A stretch of 64,000 bases of DNA from the NCBI GenBank assembly GCA_021772465.1, contig JAJFLX010000017.1:134531-198530 (forward strand). Direction: 5' to 3'. Every line of letters starts with the position of its first letter. The first letter of the stretch is position 1. Both the position numbers and the translations under genes were made by a program. This document shows, in pieces, positions 1-7,023 of this stretch. Below the pieces are notes generated by a model. The model saw only the letters and a list, made by a program, of their open reading frames with translations. It ran no database searches and was not told the DNA's origin. The stretch is from Chlamydiota bacterium. GTDB lineage: Bacteria > Chlamydiota > Chlamydiia > Chlamydiales > JAAKFR01.

Positions 1-377
1 GAGCATTAGAAATATATTCAGTAAAAATAGTGCAAATATTAGTTCTTTCGATACTGTCCATAGTCTAACAGTTTTTTCCATACGACCTACTTTGTGTAGG
101 AATCAGATTAGAACTTACCCAAATTCTGTGCCCAAAGAAATTGGTGGCCGCATACGATTTTTTATCGCTGCTAGCTAAAAACGAATTCTTAGGCTTCCCC
201 TTTGTTCCAATGCTCTGTTATACTCTGACCAGTTGTGGACGGAGTACTTCGGCTCTATTTTCTATGTAATCTGAGCCTCAAATTTTTCGTTTTGGTAAAC
301 AAAAAATTTAAAGATTCAGAGATCTTTAGACAAGAAAAGACTTCATTTGCAGCAGATTGCATAACAAGGCCTTTATC

Positions 378-1634
378 ATGAAAAAAAAGAGTCGATTTTT
401 TTACTATTACCTTGTTTTTCTCCTTCTTTATTTCATTTTTGTTGATGAAACATCAACAACTTCATTGGTCAAATTGTCTTCCTCGGTTTTATCCTCTCAA
501 TCTACGGAACAAATAAAATCTGAGCTGTGGATAATTTTTCCTTTATTTGGGCTCCAGATTATATTCTCAGTCCTTCAGGCGGGATTCTCGGATTATTATT
601 TTCGCAGAAAAAGTTTGCTTTTTGCAACTATAGCAATACTGATGAGCCTGATTATGCTCAAAATTTCAACTTTCTATGGAATCTGGTTTTTATTGACGGG
701 GGTTGTAATTAAAGGAATTGCTGGAAATGTAACACCAATAGCTCGTGCTGGACTGGCAGATACGACGCATTATAAAAATTTTCGATTTACACTAGCCTTA
801 TCTATCTGTGCGATTGCATTAGGCTCATGGGTACCGGTATACGTTGCTCCCTCCCTCCCCTCCTCTGTATACTATATTTTTGTGTTACTGCTCGTGTGCA
901 TTGCGGTATTTTTACTTTTAACCCATTCTTTTGCTGACGAAGAAGATATTCCCCCTAAAAATGCGACGTCTGACAAAGTTGTCGTTCAGAAAGGCTCGTC
1001 TTTTTTTAAAGCAATAAAGCATATACCACACCTTATAAAAGATGAATCTCATGTTATTTTCTTTAAATATTTAAATAACAAAGAATTTGTTTTGGGGTTG
1101 TTTTCTTATTTGTTTCCAGAGATTGCTTTTTATCAAATCTTTTTTCGATTAGAAGTTTTTCAAGACTACTCATATTTTAAAAATTTACCTGTTGAGTTGG
1201 GGCTTGGGTATTTTGTTGGGACCGCCATTCTTAATTTCTTGAAATATAAAAACAAAACCAATATTATAATAGGAGTTTCGATCTCGTTTTTTAGTATTTC
1301 GATTCTAACTTCAGCAAGTTATTTAGATTTGTATTCTAAATTAATGCAATCGTTTCTTTTTGGATGTTTTAGTATAGGATTTGCAATTTTTATTCCCTCT
1401 CTCTTTTCAGGTATTTCTCAGAAAAAGCCAGTTCATGAACAAGGAAAAATCTATGGTCTTGTTGATTCGACGGATACACTGGCTTCCATCTTATCATTTA
1501 CTTTAGTTATAACTTTAAAAAAATTATCCAAATCTCTTATTCTATTAACATCTACGATTTTTTTGATTTGTGGAGCAATTTCACTCACTGCACTTTTTAA
1601 ATTTAAAGGAATTGAAGATGAAAACAATAATTAG
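378..1634 (+). CDS. MFS-type multi-pass membrane transporter, substrate unknown
   Basis: ORF 357..1634, which opens with TTG. The first ATG is at 378 (MKKKSRFFYYYLVFLL...). About 12 hydrophobic segments. QAGFSDYYFRRKSLLF after the second segment resembles MFS motif A (G-x-L-x-D-x-x-G-R-K). Very AT-rich coding sequence. Confidence 0.55.
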   Translation: MKKKSRFFYYYLVFLLLYFIFVDETSTTSLVKLSSSVLSSQSTEQIKSELWIIFPLFGLQIIFSVLQAGFSDYYFRRKSLLFATIAILMSLIMLKISTFYGIWFLLTGVVIKGIAGNVTPIARAGLADTTHYKNFRFTLALSICAIALGSWVPVYVAPSLPSSVYYIFVLLLVCIAVFLLLTHSFADEEDIPPKNATSDKVVVQKGSSFFKAIKHIPHLIKDESHVIFFKYLNNKEFVLGLFSYLFPEIAFYQIFFRLEVFQDYSYFKNLPVELGLGYFVGTAILNFLKYKNKTNIIIGVSISFFSISILTSASYLDLYSKLMQSFLFGCFSIGFAIFIPSLFSGISQKKPVHEQGKIYGLVDSTDTLASILSFTLVITLKKLSKSLILLTSTIFLICGAISLTALFKFKGIEDENNN

Positions 1635-2613
1635 ATCGACGAAAAGTATTCGAAAGAATGAAATAATTGACCATAATGCTCAAGCACTTTCATTTATAGA
1701 TTCAGGAGTTTCTTGTTTTATTATTTCAATGCTAGATAATTTGGGATTAATAGATTTAATTTTGAGTAAAGGGTTTTTGTGTAATAAAGATCTGTTGAAA
1801 TTTCCAAATAGATTGGTTTTGAAAAAAGCTGTTTTTTCTTTATCGAGAAATCGTATTTTGTTAGAAAAAGACGGGTTGTATTATTTAACAGAGTTAGGAG
1901 CAAGTATACTCGAACACCGAGGAAGTATTGGATTAATTTATTCTGGTTATTCCAATGTTTTAGCGAATCAGACTGAATATGCATTGGATGGAGCACCCCC
2001 ATCTAATGCTTGTTTTGATTCAAAATCTATTGCTCGGGCATCTATTCATTTTGGAGAAAAAAATATTGATCCCTTAGTTGTTAGTTTAGTAAAAAAATTA
2101 AAAATAAAAGGACAAATTTGTGATCTAGGATGTGGTGCTTGTACTCGTTTGATCAAGCTCTGCGAGCAAACGGGATTAAATGGAATCGGAATAGAATTAG
2201 CCCCTGGAGCAGTTAAGTTAGCTAAAGAAAATACTCGTCATGTAAGTAATATCTCTGTAAAAAAGGGTGATATTATGAATCTAAATCACATTTTTCCTAA
2301 AGTAGAAATCATAATGCAATTTTTTGTTATGCATGATATTGCTTCGGAAAAAGAGTCTCTACTCATACTCAATTCATACCGAGATAGTTTTCCGAAATTA
2401 AAGTTTTTTATTTATACAGATGTTGTAGCTCCCTCTGATAACACTTCTCCACAACTTCCTGGATTTGATTATGTCCACGGTTTATTAGGCATAAATCCAA
2501 GGACTTATGAGGAAACAGTTAATTTGTTTTCGAAATTAAAATTTCGGATATGTGAAGAACATTCTATAGCTAATCTTCCAAATACGTACTTGTGGGTTCT
2601 TCAGCCAGAATAG
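1618..2613 (+). CDS. Class I SAM-dependent methyltransferase with an N-terminal winged-helix/dimerisation-like domain (small-molecule O-methyltransferase architecture)
   Basis: ORF 1570..2613. ATG at 1618 (MKTIIRSTK) overlaps the upstream stop (1634) by 17 nt. Motif I ICDLGCGACTRL, followed by GIGIELAP and an acidic post-II region. The N-terminal roughly 120 aa is not Rossmann-like. Confidence 0.7.
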   Translation: MKTIIRSTKSIRKNEIIDHNAQALSFIDSGVSCFIISMLDNLGLIDLILSKGFLCNKDLLKFPNRLVLKKAVFSLSRNRILLEKDGLYYLTELGASILEHRGSIGLIYSGYSNVLANQTEYALDGAPPSNACFDSKSIARASIHFGEKNIDPLVVSLVKKLKIKGQICDLGCGACTRLIKLCEQTGLNGIGIELAPGAVKLAKENTRHVSNISVKKGDIMNLNHIFPKVEIIMQFFVMHDIASEKESLLILNSYRDSFPKLKFFIYTDVVAPSDNTSPQLPGFDYVHGLLGINPRTYEETVNLFSKLKFRICEEHSIANLPNTYLWVLQPE

Positions 2614-2623
2614 TGGCCAAGAC

Positions 2624-2661
2624 TGAGGTAGAATTTGCAAGAAACCTAAACTTCTATGAAG
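2624..2661. repeat. Short repeat/hairpin element sharing both ends with the MITE-like insert at 56235-56345
   Basis: tgaggtagaatttgcaag (2624-2641) and ttctatgaag (2652-2661) recur exactly at 56259-56276 and 56310-56319. tagaattt...aaacttcta can fold as an imperfect hairpin. Confidence 0.5.
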
Positions 2662-2678
2662 CTGAAAAAAAAAGAAAA

Positions 2679-2762
2679 TGCCGACGGTCGGACTCGAACC
2701 GACACCCTATTGCTAGGAGTAGATTTTGAGTCTACCGCGTCTACCAATTCCACCACGTCGGC
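2679..2762 (-). tRNA. tRNA-Leu (anticodon CAA), type II with long variable arm, no encoded CCA
   Basis: The reverse complement GCCGACGTGGTGGAATTGGTAGACGCGGTAGACTCAAAATCTACTCCTAGCAATAGGGTGTCGGTTCGAGTCCGACCGTCGGCA folds by hand. Acceptor stem is GCCGACG/CGTCGGC. Anticodon stem is GTAGA/TCTAC with loop CTCAAAA. T arm is GTCGG-TTCGAGT-CCGAC. Confidence 0.92.
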
Positions 2763-2792
2763 AATTTCGCTAGCCAATCTAACAAAGCATCA

Positions 2793-3593
2793 CTATTGAC
2801 GCAAATAGTTCTGCGCCTGCTCCTGAGTGAAACTCACCCGCTCACCACTCTCACGATCATAACGTACCTGAATCCCAACATAAGGATAATCATGACCGTT
2901 GTCCCCATCACGACCCTCATCCGCAAGGTAAAGCTTCAAAAATATCTCCTTGTTATAAAGCGGAGGCGTCACAACATTCAAACCCGGGCGAGTATACTCC
3001 TTAAATGTCACAAACTCCTCGTCATCCGCAAAAGGAAAAGTCTTCTCATAGTAAGACCGAACCACTCCAATAACCTCCAAAGCCTCCATCCCCTCAACAT
3101 AAAAATCCACCTCAGCACCAATCATGTGCTTCGAGCCCCAGTTGTATCGACTCGAGTCACAGTAAGCATTGTGAATAGGACACCGATGACCCGTCGTAAT
3201 CACCACCCGCTTTTCAGTAACCTCCTGGATGTAGTTGAGGATCTCAAGCAAACAAGGGTAAATAAACTCCCTGTCACCACGAAGCGGAAGACCATGACCA
3301 CCGTGGCAATCACGAAAACAAAGAGGCTCCCTCCCCTCCCGCCGCTGAAGACGAGGTGGATTTAAAAAATTGCCGCGGCAATAAAAAAACTCTTTGGTGA
3401 TTTTAGGGTAAGCACCCCGGTATTTCTCCTCCCAAGGGTAAGCAGCCCGCGTAAGGCGCTGAGGCGCTCGCCATGTAAAACAGTACTCATCCGAGCAACG
3501 GTAGATATACTCGCCACTCAAATTTTTTTTCTCCTCCTTGCAACCCCCTAATAAGAGAATCGCTAGAAGCCAAGCTTGCACCCTCATCCTCAT
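2793..3593 (-). CDS. Lipoprotein with a peptidase M15/LAS-fold (DUF882/YcbK-like) zinc peptidase domain; putative peptidoglycan peptidase
   Basis: Signal peptide plus lipobox MRMRVQAWLLAILLLGGC. TTGHRCPIHNAY and SKHMIGAEVDF (H-x6-D) with a later His (GHDYPY) fit the LAS metal ligands. Confidence 0.6.
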   Translation of the reverse strand: MRMRVQAWLLAILLLGGCKEEKKNLSGEYIYRCSDEYCFTWRAPQRLTRAAYPWEEKYRGAYPKITKEFFYCRGNFLNPPRLQRREGREPLCFRDCHGGHGLPLRGDREFIYPCLLEILNYIQEVTEKRVVITTGHRCPIHNAYCDSSRYNWGSKHMIGAEVDFYVEGMEALEVIGVVRSYYEKTFPFADDEEFVTFKEYTRPGLNVVTPPLYNKEIFLKLYLADEGRDGDNGHDYPYVGIQVRYDRESGERVSFTQEQAQNYLRQ

Positions 3594-3610
3594 TCCTTTA
3601 CACTATTTGC

Positions 3611-4279
3611 ATGCAGTGGATACACGATTATCAACTTTTCTTATTTGATTTCGATGGAATCTTAGTCAACACCGAAGAGTTTCACTACCGCGCCTACCAA
3701 TTGATGTGTCAAGCAAGAGGAGTAGAACTAAAATGGAGTCTCGATCACTACCTGAAGCTCGCCCTCTTTTCCGCCACAGCGCTACGAGATGAGTTGATGG
3801 CAGAGTACCCCGCACTTGGAAAAGAGTGGGATAAACTCTATGAAGAAAAAAAACAGATCTACACCCAACTCATCGAGAAAGAAAACGTCGCCCTCATGCC
3901 CGGAGTAGATCAACTCCTTACCGCCCTCAAAAAACACGCAATTAAACGCGTCGTTGTCACACACTCAGCTCGAGAACACATCGAAAAAATCAAAGAGAAG
4001 CAGCCCCTCTTGAAAACAATCCCCCATTGGATCACCCGAGAAGACTACAGCAAACCGAAACCCGATCCCGAGTGCTACCAGCTGGCAGTCAAGTGCTACG
4101 CTCTACCCGAAGATCGAATCGTTGGCTTTGAAGACTCCCCAAGAGGACTCAAAGCCCTCATGGGTACCCGAGCAGAAGCCCATCTAGTGAGTGAATACTT
4201 CACGCACCTCGACCTTGGAGGCAATTTCCACAGGATAGCGCACTTCGGCGAGAAAGAGCCCCTTAGCAGGGACCGCTGA
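3611..4279 (+). CDS. HAD-superfamily hydrolase (beta-phosphoglucomutase/phosphatase-like)
   Basis: Motif I LFLFDFDGILVNTEE, VVTHS, K-P-x-P (SKPKPDPECY), GFEDSPRGLKA. The 3' end overlaps truA by 96 nt. Confidence 0.8.
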   Translation: MQWIHDYQLFLFDFDGILVNTEEFHYRAYQLMCQARGVELKWSLDHYLKLALFSATALRDELMAEYPALGKEWDKLYEEKKQIYTQLIEKENVALMPGVDQLLTALKKHAIKRVVVTHSAREHIEKIKEKQPLLKTIPHWITREDYSKPKPDPECYQLAVKCYALPEDRIVGFEDSPRGLKALMGTRAEAHLVSEYFTHLDLGGNFHRIAHFGEKEPLSRDR

Positions 4280-4966
4280 GGCCGCCAGGCGTCGATCTCT
4301 AGCCGCCAATAGCCCCGGAATAGAATCTAAAGCCCTCTTCCCCAAAGCAACTTCAAGCAACGTGCCAACGAGGTTGCGCACCATCTTGTAGAGAAAACCA
4401 CTCCCCTCAAACTCCAAACGAACTCCCCCCTCTTGAGGGTGCATCGTAATGCGCTGAAGTGTGCGCACAGTCGTTTTAACCGAGCTACCCGCATTCGCAA
4501 AGGTGGCGAAGTCATGAGTCCCTACTAGATGGGTAGCCGCCTCTTCAAGCAAAGAGAGGTCGAGAGGAAAACGGACAGGGTAGCGGTAAAGGTGCACAAA
4601 AGGGGTGACAATAGGCTCAAGCCAGAGGTGGTAGTGGTACTCCTTGCCAGTCGCCGAATACTGCGCATGAAAAGACTCAGAAGCGAGATCAAGCTCCAAC
4701 ACCCGGATCGAGTAGGGGAGCAAGCCATTGAGCGCTCTTTGAAAAACTATTGGGTCAAAAGGTTTTTCGGCTTGAAAATGAGCCACTTGACCGAGAGCGT
4801 GTGTTCCAGCATCAGTGCGCCCCGCACCACAGGCGCGGGTAGGGACGCCCAAAAGGGTTTCAAGCCCTTTTTCAAGGAGACCCTGAATAGAGACCCCCTC
4901 AGGCTGGATCTGCCACCCGACGAAGTCAGTCCCCTCATAAGCGAGCTTTAACCTATATTTTTGCAT
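4184..4966 (-). CDS. truA: tRNA pseudouridine(38-40) synthase
   Basis: MQKYRLKLAYEGTDFVGWQIQP and GAGRTDAGTHALGQVAHF (catalytic Asp motif). Confidence 0.9.
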   Translation of the reverse strand: MQKYRLKLAYEGTDFVGWQIQPEGVSIQGLLEKGLETLLGVPTRACGAGRTDAGTHALGQVAHFQAEKPFDPIVFQRALNGLLPYSIRVLELDLASESFHAQYSATGKEYHYHLWLEPIVTPFVHLYRYPVRFPLDLSLLEEAATHLVGTHDFATFANAGSSVKTTVRTLQRITMHPQEGGVRLEFEGSGFLYKMVRNLVGTLLEVALGKRALDSIPGLLAARDRRLAASAVPAKGLFLAEVRYPVEIASKVEVREVFTH

Positions 4967-5600
4967 AAAGCGCCTCCGCGATATGCAGATCCTCAGGAGT
5001 GGTGATTTTTATGTTACAAGGCGATCCAGAAATGATTTGGACAGGGCATCCGACAAGCTCCGCAAAAGAGACGTCGTCAGTGACCGTCTCCTCCCCAGCA
5101 GCTAAAAACCCACGGTCAAGGACACTTCTTTTGATCAACTGGGGGGTTTGCACCTCCCAAATTTCAGAGCGGTCTACCGTTTCGATAACGTGCTGGCTCC
5201 GGCAGGAGCGTTTAAGCGTGTTTTTGGCAGGAAGAGCCAAAGTGGCAGCCTCAGCCTCAGTTGCAAGTAGAGCCTCCAAGACCTGCAAAGAGAGAAGAGG
5301 GCGCGCTGCGTCATGGGTGAGGATCCAAGGGGCACGGGCTTTTTTAAGTCCATTTTGCAGTGAATCTTGCCGCCGAGGGCCAGGGTCTGCAAACTCGACG
5401 TCATACCCCTCAAAATGGTGGCGAAACTCAGAAGCGCAAACCACAATGCGTTGCTCAATATCTGGGTGTTTAGAAAAAATATCGAGGCTGTGGCAAGCAA
5501 TCGTTTTGCCACGAAGAGGGAGATACTGCTTCGGTGTAGCACTTCGCATCCGACTCCCAACACCTCCAGCTAGCAAAATAAGCGAAAGAGCCCTTCTCAT
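4953..5600 (-). CDS. ispD: 2-C-methyl-D-erythritol 4-phosphate cytidylyltransferase
   Basis: LLAGGVGSRMRSATPKQYLPL N-terminal motif, 215 aa. Overlaps truA and the upstream gene by a few nt. Confidence 0.85.
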   Translation of the reverse strand: MRRALSLILLAGGVGSRMRSATPKQYLPLRGKTIACHSLDIFSKHPDIEQRIVVCASEFRHHFEGYDVEFADPGPRRQDSLQNGLKKARAPWILTHDAARPLLSLQVLEALLATEAEAATLALPAKNTLKRSCRSQHVIETVDRSEIWEVQTPQLIKRSVLDRGFLAAGEETVTDDVSFAELVGCPVQIISGSPCNIKITTPEDLHIAEALYAKI

Positions 5601-6556
5601 CGCCCCTCCTCAGTTTTGAGCACAAGAATCTCAGGTGGTGAACAAAATCGAAAAGGTTTATGACACCCAAGACCCCGATTCACATAAAGCCTCTTATCAC
5701 CAACTCGAAAGAGCCCCCTAGTATAAGCGCGGTGCTCAAGGCGGGCTAATTTTTGAGAGACCCGGCGAGCCCAAGCAGGCCAGGGGAGGTGAATCTGCTC
5801 TCCATGCGTGTGACCACTGAAAATCCAATCGCCTGGATAGTCGAGAAGGCGTGGGAAAGTGTCAGGATTGTGTGATAAAACAAGCCCAGGAAAGCGGGGG
5901 TCATACCCTTTGTAGGCCCGCTCAGGGTGGCATCTTCCAAGCGCCAGATCTCCAAGCCCCGTTAGATTAAGTCCGATAGGTAGAGTTACTGTAGCATTAT
6001 CGAGTAAGGTAAAAGGGGTCTGCTTAAGAAGGGCCGCTAATTCGGAGTGAGTCTCAATAGACAAAACACGGTCTGAGACCCCCGTTCCAGTCGAAGGAGA
6101 TGAGAAGATCGTTTTCAAACCAAGCCAAACGCCGCGCATCGGATTCGGAGGAGCAATGAGATCGTAGATCCCCTCAGGGCCACGGCTCACATACTGGCTG
6201 TAATCGTGGTTGCCAAAGATGCAGTAAGAGCCCAAAGGAGCCTCAAGGCGGTTTAAAAAGTTTTTAAGTCGCTCCCCACTTTCAAGCTCGCTGTAACAGA
6301 TGAAGTCTCCAGAAAAAAGAATAAGGTCAGGGCGGTGAGACGCAACACGCCGCGCAACTTTGTCTAAAAATCTCTGAGAGATCTTGCGGTGAAAATGAAG
6401 GTCTGTAAGGTGAACAATTGTCAACCCCTTGAGGTGGCTCTTCTCAGGTGATAAAGGCCATGTGAGCTCAGTTGTACACAGCATGCGAGGCTCCACAAAA
6501 CGTGGCCAAATGCCCACAACAGAAGCCAAACTCAAAAAATCAACTAAAAGTGACAT
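5597..6556 (-). CDS. Calcineurin-like metallophosphoesterase (YaeI-like)
   Basis: VHLTDLHFH, SGDF, GNHD, SGHTHGEQ motifs in canonical order. Confidence 0.8.
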   Translation of the reverse strand: MSLLVDFLSLASVVGIWPRFVEPRMLCTTELTWPLSPEKSHLKGLTIVHLTDLHFHRKISQRFLDKVARRVASHRPDLILFSGDFICYSELESGERLKNFLNRLEAPLGSYCIFGNHDYSQYVSRGPEGIYDLIAPPNPMRGVWLGLKTIFSSPSTGTGVSDRVLSIETHSELAALLKQTPFTLLDNATVTLPIGLNLTGLGDLALGRCHPERAYKGYDPRFPGLVLSHNPDTFPRLLDYPGDWIFSGHTHGEQIHLPWPAWARRVSQKLARLEHRAYTRGLFRVGDKRLYVNRGLGCHKPFRFCSPPEILVLKTEEGR

Positions 6557-6605
6557 AAATAGGGTCGACCCCCTGAATCAGAGGATCGACCGAAAGTATA
6601 CACAC

Positions 6606-6866
6606 TTACTTAATATGCTTGGAGACCTTTTTGGTCATTTGGAACATATCGATGGGAGTCTTCCCTCCAAAAACTTTTGCCAATTTCTCATCTGGAATGA
6701 TGAATCGCTTGTTGTTGACGTCTTGGCAATTATTTTTTTTGATGTACGCCCACAGTTTTTTGATAATCTCAGTGCGAGGTAGAGGGCCGGGGCCGACAAC
6801 CGCTTTTAAGTCGTCACTGATGTTGACAGGCTGCATAAACGCGCTGTTTTTCTTCTTGGTTGGCAT
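6606..6866 (-). CDS. SWIB/MDM2-domain protein
   Basis: 86 aa. The whole sequence (DLKAVVG...RTEIIKKLWAYIKKNNCQD...IIPDEKLAKVFG) follows the SWIB-domain pattern. This is a hallmark small protein of Chlamydiae. Confidence 0.85.
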   Translation of the reverse strand: MPTKKKNSAFMQPVNISDDLKAVVGPGPLPRTEIIKKLWAYIKKNNCQDVNNKRFIIPDEKLAKVFGGKTPIDMFQMTKKVSKHIK

Positions 6867-7023
6867 ATGGTGCTCCTATTTCCTTTGGAAAAAAGTTTAC
6901 TCTTCGATCCAATTCTTTTATCGTTGATCCTGTTTTCTCGTCAAAACAAATTCGAGAGTAGTGGGGAGTAAACTTTTTTACAAGATTGATGGTTAATGAG
7001 TTGTGATTTATCTTTCTCAGAAG

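Noticed and set aside
1-61. Possible 5' end of a minus-strand gene (ATG at 61-59, MDSIERTNICTIFTEYISNA..., open to the window edge).
   Set aside because: Only 20 codons are visible, with no clear RBS and nothing to identify. Not reported as a feature.
527-712. 61-aa ORF in another frame inside the MFS transporter gene.
   Set aside because: Fully nested in a longer, membrane-protein-like ORF. No RBS and an implausible composition.
2796-3365. 189-aa ORF antisense to the M15-like lipoprotein gene.
   Set aside because: Shadow ORF. The opposite strand carries clear signal peptide and metal-ligand motifs, while this translation is low-complexity (R/K/T/L-rich).
4999-5619. 206-aa ORF antisense to ispD. 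Similar long antisense ORFs occur at 17794-18432 (tsp), 39268-39885 (dnaE), 47410-47955 (rsmB), 52812-53288 (fmt) and 59669-60172 (rpsS/rplV).
   Set aside because: All lie opposite genes with unambiguous conserved motifs, and none has recognisable motifs of its own. These are typical shadow frames in moderately GC-rich coding DNA.
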